This document shows, piece by piece, positions 1 to 13,700 of a stretch of 64,000 nt of DNA; the first letter of the stretch is position 1, and every line of letters starts with the position of its first letter. The stretch lies in the NCBI RefSeq assembly GCF_009914755.1, contig NC_060936.1. One strand, written 5' to 3'. Source of the stretch: the human T2T-CHM13v2.0 reference genome, Homo sapiens. A program made the translations under genes and the position numbers. The notes below the pieces were generated by a model. That model had not been told where the DNA came from. It saw only the letters and a program-made list of their open reading frames with translations, and made no database searches.

Positions 1-248
1 CTTAAACTTCTTGAGTTGAACGCACACATCACAAAGTAGTTTCTGAGAATGATTCTGTCTAGTTTTTATACGAAGATGTTTCCTTTTCTACATTTGGTCT
101 CAAAGCGATTGAAATCTCCAACTGGAAACTGCACAAATAGGGTGTTTCAAATCTGCTCTGTCTAAAGGAAGGTTCAACTCTTTGAGTTGAATACACACAC
201 CACAAATAAGTTACTGAGAATTCTTCTGTCGAACATTACTTGAAGAAA

Positions 249-265
249 TCCCGTTTCCAACGAAG
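249..265 (-). promoter_or_regulatory. CENP-B box (first of roughly 185-190 box positions, one per dimer)
   Basis: tcccgtttccaacgaag is the reverse complement of CTTCGTTGGAAACGGGA, the canonical CENP-B box with all essential positions (NTTCGNNNNANNCGGGN). Confidence 0.98.
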
Positions 266-1623
266 GCCTCAAAGAGGTCCAAATATCGACTTGCAGACAT
301 TACAAACAGAGTGTTTCCAAACTGCTCCATCAAAAGAAAGGTTAAACTCTGTGAGCTGAACACACACATCTAAAAGAAGTTTCTGTGAATGATTCTGTCT
401 AGATTTTATAAGAAGATGTTTCCTTTTCTACTGTAGGCCTCAAAGTGCTTGAAATCTCCAGCTGCAAATTCCACAAAAAGGGTGTTTAACATCTGCTCTT
501 CTAAAGGAAAGTTCAACTCAATGAGTTGAATACACACAGCCCAAAGAAGTTACTGAGACTTCTCCTATCAAACATTATATGAAGAAATCCCGTTTCCAAC
601 GAAGGCCTCAAAGAGGTCCAAATATCTGCTTGCAGACTTTACAAAGACAGTGTCTCCAAACTCCTCCATCAAAAGAAAGGTTATACTCTGTGAATTGAAC
701 GCACACATCACAAAGTAGTTTCTGAGAATGATTCTGTCTAGTTTTTATACGAAGATATTTCCTTTTCTACATTTGGCCTAAAAGCGCTTGAAGTCTCCAC
801 CTGCAAATATCACAAAAAGAGGGTTTCACATCTGCTCTGTCTAAAGGACAGTTCACCTTTGTGAGTTGAATAGAGGCAACACAAAGAACTTACTCAGTAT
901 TCTTCTTTCTAGCGTTCTATGAAGAAATCCCGTTTCCAACGAAGGCCCCAAAGAGGTCCAAATATCTGCTTGCAGACTTTACAGACAGAGTGTTTCCAAA
1001 CTACTCTATGAAAAGAAAGCTTAAACTCCTTGAGTTGAACGCACACATCACAAAGTAGTTTCTGAGAATGATTCTGTCTAGTTTTTATACGAAGATGTTT
1101 CCTTTTCTACATTTGGTCTCAAAGCGATTGAAATCTCCAACTGGAAACTGCACAAATAGGGTGTTTCAAATCTGCTCTGTCTAAAGGAAGGTTCAACTCT
1201 GTGAGTTGAATACACACACCACAAATAAGTTACTGAGAATTCTTCTGTCGAACATTACTTGAAGAAATCCCGTTTCCAACGAAGGCCTCAAAGAGGTCCA
1301 AATATCGACTTGCAGACATTACAAACAGAGTGTTTCCAAACTGCTCCATCAAAAGAAAGGTTAAACTCTGTGAGCTGAACACACACATCAAAAAGAAGTT
1401 TCTGTGAATGATTCTGTCTAGATTTTATAAGAACATATTTCCTTTTCTACCGTAGGCCACAAAGCGCTTGAAATCTCCAGCTGCAAATTCCACAAAAAGG
1501 GTGTTTAACATCTGCTCTTCTAAAGGAAAGTTCAACTCTATGAGTTGAATACACACAGCACAAAGAAGTTACTGAGACTTCTCCTATCAAACATTATATG
1601 AAGAAATCCCGTTTCCAACGAAG

Positions 1624-1963
1624 GCCTCAAAGAGGTCCAAATATCCACTTGCAGACATTACAAACAGAGTGTTTCCAAACTGTTCCATCAAAAGAAAGAT
1701 TAAACTCTGTGAGCTGAACACACACATGAAAAAGAAGTTTCTGTGAATGATTCTGTCTAGATTTTATACGAAGATGTTTCCTTTTCTACCTTTGGTCTCA
1801 ATGCGATTGAAATCTCCACATGGAAACTCCACAAAAAGTGTGTTTGAAATCTGCTCTTTCTGAAGGAAGGTTCAACTCTGTGAGTTGAATAAACACACCA
1901 CAAATAAGTTACTGAGAATTCTTCTGTGTAACATTATATGAGGAAATCCCGTTTCCAACGAAG
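1624..1963 (-). repeat. Hybrid B/C dimer replacing dimer C; representative of 5 copies
   Basis: Starts with B diagnostics (atatccacttgcagacattacaaac, gagctgaac, aagaagtttctgtg, tctagatttt) and ends with C diagnostics (ctacctttgg, acatggaaactcc, gtgtaac). Follows the boxes at 1607, 9075, 16534, 22986 and 30444. Confidence 0.9.
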
Positions 1964-2797
1964 GCCTCAAAGAGGTCCAAATATCCACTTGCAGACTTTA
2001 CAAAGACAGTGTCTCCAAACTCCTCCATCAAAAGAAAGGTTATACTCTGTGAATTGAACGCACACATCACAAAGTAGTTTCTGAGAATGATTCTGTCTAG
2101 TTTTTATACGAAGATATTTCCTTTTCTACATTTGGCCTAAAAGCGCTTGAAATCTCCACCTGCAAATATCACAAAAAGAGGGTTTCACATCTGCTCTGTC
2201 TAAAGGACAGTTCACCTCTGTGAGTTGAATAGAGGCAACACAAAGAACTTACTCAGTATTCTTCTTTCTAGCGTTCTATGAAGAAATCCCGTTTCCAACG
2301 AAGGCCCCAAAGAGGTCCAAATATCTGCTTGCACACTTTACAGACAGAGTGTTTCCAAACTACTCTATGAAAAGAAAGCTTAAACTCCTTGAGTTGAACG
2401 CACACATCACAAAGTAGTTTCTGAGAATGATTCTGTCCAGTTTTTATACGAAGATGTTTCCTTTTCTACATTTGGTCTCAAAGCGATTGAAATCTCCAAC
2501 TGGAAACTGCACAAATACGGTGTTTCAAATCTGCTCTGTCTAAAGGAAGGTTCAACTCTGTGAGTTGAATACACACACCACAAATAAGTTACTGAGAATT
2601 CTTCTGTCGAACATTACTTGAAGAAATCCCGTTTCCAACGAAGGCCTCAAAGAGGTCCAAATATTCACTTGCAGATATTACAAACAGAGTGTTTCCAAAC
2701 TGCTCCATCAAAAGAAAGGTTAAACTCTGTGAGCTGAACACACACATCAAAAACAAGTTTCTGTGAATGATTCTGTCTAGATTTTATAAGAAGATGT

Positions 2798-2814
2798 TTC
2801 CTTTTCTACCGTAG
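2798..2814 (+). promoter_or_regulatory. pJalpha-like (A-type monomer) box, representative copy; sits at the homologous position in the monomers lacking a CENP-B box
   Basis: ttccttttctaccgtag is one mismatch from the recalled pJalpha motif TTCCTTTTYCACCRTAG. It lies ~170 bp from the flanking CENP-B boxes. Copies in dimers A, C and D are more degenerate (ttccttttctacatttg, ttccttttctacctttg). Confidence 0.7.
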
Positions 2815-5018
2815 GACTCAAAGCGCTTGAAATCTCCAGCTGCAAATTCCACAAAAAGGGTGTTTAACATCTGCTCTTCTAAAGGAAAGTTCAACTCTAT
2901 GAGTTGAATACACACAGCACAAAGAAGTTACTGAGACTTCTCCTATCAAACATTATATGAAGAAATCCCGTTTCCAACGAAGGCCTCAAAGAGGTCCAAA
3001 TATCTGCTTGCAGACTTTACAGACAGAGTGTTTCCAAACTGCTCCATCAAAAGAAAGGTTAAACTCCTTGAGTTGAACACACACATCACAAAGTAGTTTC
3101 TGTGAATGATTCTGTCTAGTTTTTATACGAAGATGTTTCCTTTTCTACCTTTGGTCTCAATGCGATTGAAATCTCCACATGGAAACTCCACAAAAAGAGT
3201 GTTTCAAATCTGCTCTTTCTGAAGGAAGGTTCAACTCTGTGAGTTGAATACACACACCACAAATAAGTTACTGAGAATTCTTCTGTGTAACATTATATGA
3301 GGAAATCCCGTTTCCAACGAAGGCCTCAAAGAGGTCCAAATATCCACTTGCAGACTTTACAAAGACAGTGTCTCCAAACTCCTCCATCAAAAGAAAGGTT
3401 ATACTCTGTGAATTGAACGCACACATCACAAAGTAGTTTCTGAGAATGATTCTGTCTAGTTTTTATACGAAGATATTTCCTTTTCTACATTTGGCCTAAA
3501 AGCGCTTGAAATCTCCACCTGCAAATATCACAAAAAGAGGGTTTCACATCTGCTCTGTCTAAAGGACAGTTCACCTCTGTGAGTTGAATAGAGGCAACAC
3601 AAAGAACTTACTCAGTATTCTTCTTTCTTGCGTTCTATGAAGAAATCCCGTTTCCAACGAAGGCCCCAAAGAGGTCCAAATATCTGCTTGCACTCTTTAC
3701 AGACAGAGTGTTTCCAAACTACTCTATGAAAAGAAAGCTTAAACTCCTTGAGTTGAACGCACACATCACAAAGTAGTTTCTGAGAATGATTCTGTCCAGT
3801 TTTTATACGAAGATGTTTCCTTTTCTACATTTGGTCTCAAAGCGATTGAAATCTCCAACTGGAAACTGCACAAATAGGGTGTTTCAAATCTGCTCTGTCT
3901 AAAGGAAGGTTCAACTCTGTGAGTTGAATACACACACCACAAATAAGTTACTGAGAATTCTTGTGTCGAACATTACTTGAAGAAATCCCGTTTCCAACGA
4001 AGGCCTCAAAGAGGTACAAATATTCACTTGCAGATATTACAAACAGAGTGTTTCCAAACTGCTCCATCAAAAGAAAGGTTAAACTCTGTGAGCTGAACAC
4101 ACACATCAAAAAGAAGTTTCTGTGAATGATTCTGTCAAGATTTTATAAGATGTTTCCATTTCTACCGTAGGACTCAAAGCGCTTGAAATCTCCAGCTGCA
4201 AATTCCACAAAAAGGGTGTTTAACATCTGCTCTTCTAAAGGAAAGTTCAACTCTATGAGTTGAATACACACAGCACAAAGAAGTTACTGAGACTTCTCCT
4301 ATCAAACATTATATGAAGAAATCCCGTTTCCAACGAAGGCCTCAAAGAGGTCCAAATATCTGCTTGCAGACTTTAAAGACAGAGTTTTTCCAAACTGCTC
4401 CATCAAAAGAAAGGTTAAACTCCTTGAGTTGAACACACACATCACAAAGTAGTTTCTGTGAATGATTCTGTCTAGTTTCTATACGAAGATGTTTCCTTTT
4501 CTACCTTTGGTCTCAAAGCGATTGAAATCTCCACATGGAAACTCCACAAAAAGAGTGTTTCAAATCTGCTCTTTCTGAAGGAAGGTTCAACTCTGTGAGT
4601 TGAATACACACACCACAAATAAGTTACTGAGAATTCTTCTGTGTAACATTATATGAGGAAATCCCGTTTCCAACGAAGGCCTCAAAGAGGTCCAAATATC
4701 CACTTGCAGACTTTACAAAGACAGTGTCTCCAAACTCCTCCATCAAAAGAAAGGTTATACTCTGTGAATTGAACGCACACATCACAAAGTAGTTTCTGAG
4801 AATGATTCTGTCTAGTTTTTATACGAAGATATTTCCTTTTCTACATTTGGCCTAAAAGCGCTTGAAATCTCCACCTGCAAATATCACAAAAAGAGGGTTT
4901 CACATCTGCTCTGTCTAAAGGACAGTTCACCTCTGTGAGTTGAGTAGAGGCAACACAAAGAACTTACTCAGTATTCTTCTTTCCAGCGTTCTATGAAGAA
5001 ATCACGTTTCCAACGAAG

Positions 5019-6037
5019 GCCCCAATGAGGTCCAAATATCTGCTTGCAGACTTTACAGACAGAGTGTTTCCAAACTACTCTATGAAAAGAAAGCTTAAAC
5101 TCCTTGAGTTGAACGCACACATCACAAAGTAGTTTCTGAGAATGATTCTGTCTAGTTTTTATACGAAGATGTTTCCTTTTCTACATTTGGTCTCAAAGCG
5201 ATTGAAATCTCCAACTGGAAACTTCACAAATAGGGTGTTTCAAATCTGCTCTGTCTAAAGGAAGGTTCAACTCTTTGAGTTGAATACACACACCACAAAT
5301 AAGTTACTGAGAATTCTTCTGTCGAACATTACTTGAAGAAATCCCGTTTCCAACGAAGGCCTCAAAGTGGTCCAAATATCCACTTGCAGACATTACAAAC
5401 AGAGTGTTTCCAAACTGCTCCATCAAAAGAAAGGTTAAACTCTGTGAGCTGAACACACACATCAAAAAGAAGTTTCTGTGAATGATTCTGTCTAGATTTT
5501 ATAAGAAGATGTTTCCTTTTCTACCGTAGGCCTCAAAGTGCTTGAAATCTCCAGCTGCAAATTCCACAAAAAGGGTGTTTAACATCTGCTCTTCTAAAGG
5601 AAAGTTCAACTCAATGAGTTGAATACACACAGCCCAAAGAAGTTACTGAGACTTCTCCTATCAAACATTATATGAAGAAATCCCGTTTCCAACGAAGGCC
5701 TCAAAGAGGTCCAAATATCTGCTTGCAGACTTTACAAAGACAGTGTCTCCAAACTCCTCCATCAAAAGAAAGGTTATACTCTGTGAATTGAACGCACACA
5801 TCACAAAGTAGTTTCTGAGAATGATTCTGTCTAGTTTTTATACGAAGATATTTCCTTTTCTACATTTGGCCTAAAAGCGCTTGAAGTCTCCACCTGCAAA
5901 TATCACAAAAAGAGGGTTTCACATCTGCTCTGTCTAAAGGACAGTTCACCTTTGTGAGTTGAATAGAGGCAACACAAAGAACTTACTCAGTATTCTTCTT
6001 TCTAGCGTTCTATGAAGAAATCCCGTTTCCAACGAAG
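5019..6037 (-). repeat. 6-mer variant HOR (A-B-D, lacking dimer C), 1019 bp; representative of 10 copies
   Basis: After the B-terminal boxes at 588, 5681, 8056, 13140, 15515, 21967, 27051, 29425, 35877 and 38252 the sequence goes directly into dimer D (aaagacagtgtctcc). Confidence 0.93.
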
Positions 6038-7759
6038 GCCCCAAAGAGGTCCAAATATCTGCTGGCAGACTTTACAGACAGAGTGTTTCCAAACTACTCT
6101 ATGAAAAGAAAGCTTAAACTCCTTGAGTTGAACGCACACATCACAAAGTAGTTTCTGAGAATGATTCTGTCTAGTTTTTATACGAAGATGTTTCCTTTCC
6201 TACATTTGGTCTCAAAGCGATTGAAATCTCCAACTGGAAACTGCACAAATAGGGTGTTTCAAATCTGCTCTGTCTAAAGGAAGGTTCAACTCTGTGAGTT
6301 GAATACACACACCACAAATAAGTTACTGAGAATTCTTCTGTCGAACATTACTTGAAGAAATCCCGTTTCCAACGAAGGCCTCAAAGAGGTCCAAATATCC
6401 ACTTGCAGACATTACAAACAGAGTGTTTCCAAACTGCTCCATCAAAAGAAAGGTTAAACTCTGTGAGCTGAACACACACATCAAAAAGAAGTTTCTGTGA
6501 ATGATTCTGTCAAGATTTTATATGATGTTTCCTTTTCTACCGTAGGACTCAAAGCGCTTGAAATCTCCAGCTGCAAATTCCACAAAAAGGGTGTTTAACA
6601 TCTGCTCTTCTAAAGGAAAGTTCAACTCTATGAGTTGAATACACACAGCACAAAGAAGTTACTGAGACTTCTCCTATCAAACATTATATGAAGAAATCCC
6701 GTTTCCAACGAAGGCCTCAAAGAGGTCCAAATATCTGCTTGCAGACTTTAAAGACAGAGTTTTTCCAAACTGCTCCATCAAAAGAAAGGTTAAACTCCTT
6801 GAGTTGAACACACACATCACAAAGTAGTTTCTGTGAATGATTCTGTCTAGTTTTTATACGAAGATGTTTCCTTTTCTACCTTTGGTCTCAAAGCGATTGA
6901 AATCTCCACATGGAAACTCCACAAAAAGAGTGTTTCAAATCTGCTCTTTCTGAAGGAAGGTTCAACTCTGTGAGTTGAATACACACACCACAAATAAGTT
7001 ACTGAGAATTCTTCTGTGTAACATTATATGAGGAAATCCCGTTTCCAACGAAGGCCTCAAAGAGGTCCAAATATCCACTTGCAGACTTTACAAAGACAGT
7101 GTCTCCAAACTCCTCCATCAAAAGAAAGGTTATACTCTGTGAATTGAACGCACACATCACAAAGTAGTTTCTGAGAATGATTCTGTCTAGTTTTTATACG
7201 AAGATATTTCCTTTTCTACATTTGGCCTAAAAGCGCTTGAAATCTCCACCTGCAAATATCACAAAAAGAGGGTTTCACATCTGCTCTGTCTAAAGGACAG
7301 TTCACCTCTGTGAGTTGAGTAGAGGCAACACAAAGAACTTACTCAGTATTCTTCTTTCTAGCGTTCTATGAAGAAATCACGTTTCCAACGAAGGCCCCAA
7401 AGAGGTCCAAATATCTGCTTGCAGACTTTACAGACAGAGTGTTTCCAAACTACTCTATGAAAAGAAAGCTTAAACTTCTTGAGTTGAACGCACACATCAC
7501 AAAGTAGTTTCTGAGAATGATTCTGTCTAGTTTTTATACGAAGATGTTTCCTTTTCTACATTTGGTCTCAAAGCGATTGAAATCTCCAACTGGAAACTGC
7601 ACAAATAGGGTGTTTCAAATCTGCTCTGTCTAAAGGAAGGTTCAACTCTTTGAGTTGAATACACACACCACAAATAAGTTACTGAGAATTCTTCTGTCGA
7701 ACATTACTTGAAGAAATCCCGTTTCCAACGAAGGCCTCAAAGAGGTCCAAATATCGACT

Positions 7760-10700
7760 TGCAGACATTACAAACAGAGTGTTTCCAAACTGCTCCATCA
7801 AAAGAAAGGTTAAACTCTGTGAGCTGAACACACACATCAAAAAGAAGTTTCTGTGAATGATTCTGTCTAGATTTTATAAGAAGATGTTTCCTTTTCTACT
7901 GTAGGCCTCAAAGTGCTTGAAATCTCCAGCTGCAAATTCCACAAAAAGGGTGTTTAACATCTGCTCTTCTAAAGGAAAGTTCAACTCAATGAGTTGAATA
8001 CACACAGCCCAAAGAAGTTACTGAGACTTCTCCTATCAAACATTATATGAAGAAATCCCGTTTCCAACGAAGGCCTCAAAGAGGTCCAAATATCTGCTTG
8101 CAGACTTTACAAAGACAGTGTCTCCAAACTCCTCCATCAAAAGAAAGGTTATACTCTGTGAATTGAACGCACACATCACAAAGTAGTTTCTGAGAATGAT
8201 TCTGTCTAGTTTTTATACGAAGATATTTCCTTTTCTACATTTGGCCTAAAAGCGCTTGAAGTCTCCACCTGCAAATATCACAAAAAGAGGGTTTCACATC
8301 TGCTCTGTCTAAAGGACAGTTCACCTTTGTGAGTTGAATAGAGGCAACACAAAGAACTTACTCAGTATTCTTCTTTCTAGCGTTCTATGAAGAAATCCCG
8401 TTTCCAACGAAGGCCCCAAAGAGGTCCAAATATCTGCTTGCAGACTTTACAGACAGAGTGTTTCCAAACTACTCTATGAAAAGAAAGCTTAAACTCCTTG
8501 AGTTGAACGCACACATCACAAATTAGTTTCTGAGAATGATTCTGTCTAGTTTTTATACGAAGATGTTTCCTTTTCTACATTTGGTCTCAAAGCGATTGAA
8601 ATCTCCAACTGGAAACTGCACAAATAGGGTGTTTCAAATCTGCTCTGTCTAAAGGAAGGTTCAACTCTGTGAGTTGAATACACACACCACAAATAAGTTA
8701 CTGAGAATTCTTCTGTCGAACATTACTTGAAGAAATCCCGTTTCCAACGAAGGCCTCAAAGAGGTCCAAATATCCACTTGCAGACATTACAAACAGAGTG
8801 TTTCCAAACTGCTCCATCAAAAGAAAGGTTAAACTCTGTGAGCTGAACACACACATCAAAAAGAAGTTTCTGTGAATGATTCTGTCTAGATTTTATAAGA
8901 ACATATTTCCTTTTCTACCGTAGGCCACAAAGCGCTTGAAATCTCCAGCTGCAAATTCCACAAAAAGGGTGTTTAACATCTGCTCTTCTAAAGGAAAGTT
9001 CAACTCTATGAGTTGAATACACACAGCACAAAGAAGTTACTGAGACTTCTCCTATCAAACATTATATGAAGAAATCCCGTTTCCAACGAAGGCCTCAAAG
9101 AGGTCCAAATATCCACTTGCAGACATTACAAACAGAGTGTTTCCAAACTGTTCCATCAAAAGAAAGATTAAACTCTGTGAGCTGAACACACACATGAAAA
9201 AGAAGTTTCTGTGAATGATTCTGTCTAGATTTTATACGAAGATGTTTCCTTTTCTACCTTTGGTCTCAATGCGATTGAAATCTCCACATGGAAACTCCAC
9301 AAAAAGTGTGTTTGAAATCTGCTCTTTCTGAAGGAAGGTTCAACTCTGTGAGTTGAATAAACACACCACAAATAAGTTACTGAGAATTCTTCTGTGTAAC
9401 ATTATATGAGGAAATCCCGTTTCCAACGAAGGCCTCAAAGAGGTCCAAATATCCACTTGCAGACTTTACAAAGACAGTGTCTCCAAACTCCTCCATCAAA
9501 AGAAAGGTTATACTCTGTGAATTGAACGCACACATCACAAAGTAGTTTCTGAGAATGATTCTGTCTAGTTTTTATACGAAGATATTTCCTTTTCTACATT
9601 TGGCCTAAAAGCGCTTGAAATCTCCACCTGCAAATATCACAAAAAGAGGGTTTCACATCTGCTCTGTCTAAAGGACAGTTCACCTCTGTGAGTTGAATAG
9701 AGGCAACACAAAGAACTTACTCAGTATTCTTCTTTCTAGCGTTCTATGAAGAAATCCCGTTTCCAACGAAGGCCCCAAAGAGGTCCAAATATCTGCTTGC
9801 ACACTTTACAGACAGAGTGTTTCCAAACTACTCTATGAAAAGAAAGCTTAAACTCCTTGAGTTGAACGCACACATCACAAAGTAGTTTCTGAGAATGATT
9901 CTGTCCAGTTTTTATACGAAGATGTTTCCTTTTCTACATTTGGTCTCAAAGCGATTGAAATCTCCAACTGGAAACTGCACAAATAGGGTGTTTCAAATCT
10001 GCTCTTTGTAAAGGAAGGTTCAACTCTGTGAGTTGAATACACACACCACAAATAAGTTACTGAGAATTCTTCTGTCAAACATTACTTGAAGAAATCCCGT
10101 TTCCAACGAAGGCCTCAAAGAGGTCCAAATATCCACTTGCAGACATTACAAACAGAGTGTTTCCAAACTGCTCCATCAAAAGAAAGGTTAAACTCTGTGA
10201 GCTGAACACACACATCAAAAAGAAGTTTCTGTGAATGATTCTGTCTAGATTTTATAAGAAGATGTTTCCTTTTCTACCGTAGGCCTCAAAGCGCTTGAAA
10301 TCTCCAGCTGCAAATTCCACAAAAAGGGTGTTTAACATCTGCTCTTCTAAAGGAAAGTTCAACTCTATGCGTTGAATACACACAGCACAAAGAAGTTACT
10401 GAGACTTCTCCTATCAAACATTATATGAAGAAATCCCGTTTCCAACGAAGGCCTCAAAGAGGTCCAAATATCTGCTTGCAGACTTTACAGACAGAGTGTT
10501 TCCAAACTGCTCCATCAAAAGAAAGGTTAAACTCCTTGAGTTGAACACACACATCACAAAGTAGTTTCTGTGAATGATTCTGTCTAGTTTTTATACGAAG
10601 ATGTTTCCTTTTCTACCTTTGGTCTCAATGCGATTGAAATCTCCACATGGAAACTCCACAAAAAGAGTGTTTCAAATCTGCTCTTTCTGAAGGAAGGTTC

Positions 10701-13700
10701 AACTCTGTGAGTTGAATACACACACCACAAATAAGTTACTGAGAATTCTTCTGTGTAACATTATATGAGGAAATCCCGTTTCCAACGAAGGCCTCAAAGA
10801 GGTCCAAATATCCACTTGCAGACTTTACAAAGACAGTGTCTCCAAACTCCTCCATCAAAAGAAAGGTTATACTCTGTGAATTGAACGCACACATCACAAA
10901 GTAGTTTCTGAGAATGATTCTGTCTAGTTTTTATACGAAGATATTTCCTTTTCTACATTTGGCCTAAAAGCGCTTTAAATCTCCACCTGCAAATATCACA
11001 AAAAGAGGGTTTCACATCTGCTCTGTCTAAAGGACAGTTCACCTCTGTGAGTTGAATAGAGGCAACACAAAGAACTTACTCAGTATTCTTCTTTCTTGCG
11101 TTCTATGAAGAAATCCCGTTTCCAACGAAGGCCCCAAAGAGGTCCAAATATCTGCTTGCACTCTTTACAGACAGAGTGTTTCCAAACTACTCTATGAAAA
11201 GAAAGCTTAAACTCCTTGAGTTGAACGCACACATCACAAAGTAGTTTCTGAGAATGATTCTGTCCAGTTTTTATACGAAGATGTTTCCTTTTCTACATTT
11301 GGTCTCAAAGCGATTGAAATCTCCAACTGGAAACTGCACAAATAGGGTGTTTCAAATCTGCTCTGTCTAAAGGAAGGTTCAACTCTGTGAGTTGAATACA
11401 CACACCACAAATAAGTTACTGAGAATTCTTGTGTCGAACATTACTTGAAGAAATCCCGTTTCCAACGAAGGCCTCAAAGAGGTCCAAATATTCACTTGCA
11501 GATATTACAAACAGAGTGTTTCCAAACTGCTCCATCAAAAGAAAGGTTAAACTCTGTGAGCTGAACACACACATCAAAAAGAAGTTTCTGTGAATGATTC
11601 TGTCAAGATTTTATAAGATGTTTCCATTTCTACCGTAGGACTCAAAGCGCTTGAAATCTCCAGCTGCAAATTCCACAAAAAGGGTGTTTAACATCTGCTC
11701 TTCTAAAGGAAAGTTCAACTCTATGAGTTGAATACACACAGCACAAAGAAGTTACTGAGACTTCTCCTATCAAACATTATATGAAGAAATCCCGTTTCCA
11801 ACGAAGGCCTCAAAGAGGTCCAAATATCTGCTTGCAGACTTTAAAGACAGAGTTTTTCCAAACTGCTCCATCAAAAGAAAGGTTAAACTCCTTGAGTTGA
11901 ACACACACATCACAAAGTAGTTTCTGTGAATGATTCTGTCTAGTTTCTATACGAAGATGTTTCCTTTTCTACCTTTGGTCTCAAAGCGATTGAAATCTCC
12001 ACATGGAAACTCCACAAAAAGAGTGTTTCAAATCTGCTCTTTCTGAAGGAAGGTTCAACTCTGTGAGTTGAATACACACACCACAAATAAGTTACTGAGA
12101 ATTCTTCTGTGTAACATTATATGAGGAAATCCCGTTTCCAACGAAGGCCTCAAAGAGGTCCAAATATCCACTTGCAGACTTTACAAAGACAGTGTCTCCA
12201 AACTCCTCCATCAAAAGAAAGGTTATACTCTGTGAATTGAACGCACACATCACAAAGTAGTTTCTGAGAATGATTCTGTCTAGTTTTTATACGAAGATAT
12301 TTCCTTTTCTACATTTGGCCTAAAAGCGCTTGAAATCTCCACCTGCAAAAAGAGGGTTTCACATCTGCTCTGTCTAAAGGACAGTTCACCTCTGTGAGTT
12401 GAGTAGAGGCAACACAAAGAACTTACTCAGTATTCTTCTTTCCAGCGTTCTATGAAGAAATCACGTTTCCAACGAAGGCCCCAATGAGGTCCAAATATCT
12501 GCTTGCAGACTTTACAGACAGAGTGTTTCCAAACTACTCTATGAAAAGAAAGCTTAAACTTCTTGAGTTGAACGCACACATCACAAAGTAGTTTCTGAGA
12601 ATGATTCTGTCTAGTTTTTATACGAAGATGTTTCCTTTTCTACATTTGGTCTCAAAGCGATTGAAATCTCCAACTGGAAACTGCACAAATAGGGTGTTTC
12701 AAATCTGCTCTGTCTAAAGGAAGGTTCAACTCTTTGAGTTGAATACACACACCACAAATAAGTTACTGAGAATTCTTCTGTCGAACATTACTTGAAGAAA
12801 TCCCGTTTCCAACGAAGGCCTCAAAGTGGTCCAAATATCCACTTGCAGACATTACAAACAGAGTGTTTCCAAACTGCTCCATCAAAAGAAAGGTTAAACT
12901 CTGTGAGCTGAACACACACATCAAAAAGAAGTTTCTGTGAATGATTCTGTCTAGATTTTATAAGAAGATGTTTCCTTTTCTACCGTAGGCCTCAAAGTGC
13001 TTGAAATCTCCAGCTGCAAATTCCACAAAAAGGGTGTTTAACATCTGCTCTTCTAAAGGAAAGTTCAACTCAATGAGTTGAATACACACAGCCCAAAGAA
13101 GTTACTGAGACTTCTCCTATCAAACATTATATGAAGAAATCCCGTTTCCAACGAAGGCCTCAAAGAGGTCCAAATATCTGCTTGCAGACTTTACAAAGAC
13201 AGTGTCTCCAAACTCCTCCATCAAAAGAAAGGTTATACTCTGTGAATTGAACGCACACATCACAAAGTAGTTTCTGAGAATGATTCTGTCTAGTTTTTAT
13301 ACGAAGATATTTCCTTTTCTACATTTGGCCTAAAAGCGCTTGAAGTCTCCACCTGCAAATATCACAAAAAGAGGGTTTCACATCTGCTCTGTCTAAAGGA
13401 CAGTTCACCTTTGTGAGTTGAATAGAGGCAACACAAAGAACTTACTCAGTATTCTTCTTTCTAGCGTTCTATGAAGAAATCCCGTTTCCAACGAAGGCCC
13501 CAAAGAGGTCCAAATATCTGCTGGCAGACTTTACAGACAGAGTGTTTCCAAACTACTCTATGAAAAGAAAGCTTAAACTCCTTGAGTTGAACGCACACAT
13601 CACAAAGTAGTTTCTGAGAATGATTCTGTCTAGTTTTTATACGAAGATGTTTCCTTTCCTACATTTGGTCTCAAAGCGATTGAAATCTCCAACTGGAAAC

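Noticed and set aside
1193-1210. Hairpin-like dyad ttcaactc-tgt-gagttgaa resembling a terminator or operator
   Set aside because: It is an ordinary short dyad of the alpha-satellite consensus, present in most dimers, and nothing here supports a specific function.
9875-10078. 67-aa minus-strand ORF (identical copy at 23786-23989)
   Set aside because: It lies wholly in satellite dimer A and is opened by chance SNVs (tgtccag, tttgtaaa, tcaaac). It has a non-ATG start and no recognisable domain. The second copy results from the 13.9-kb duplication.
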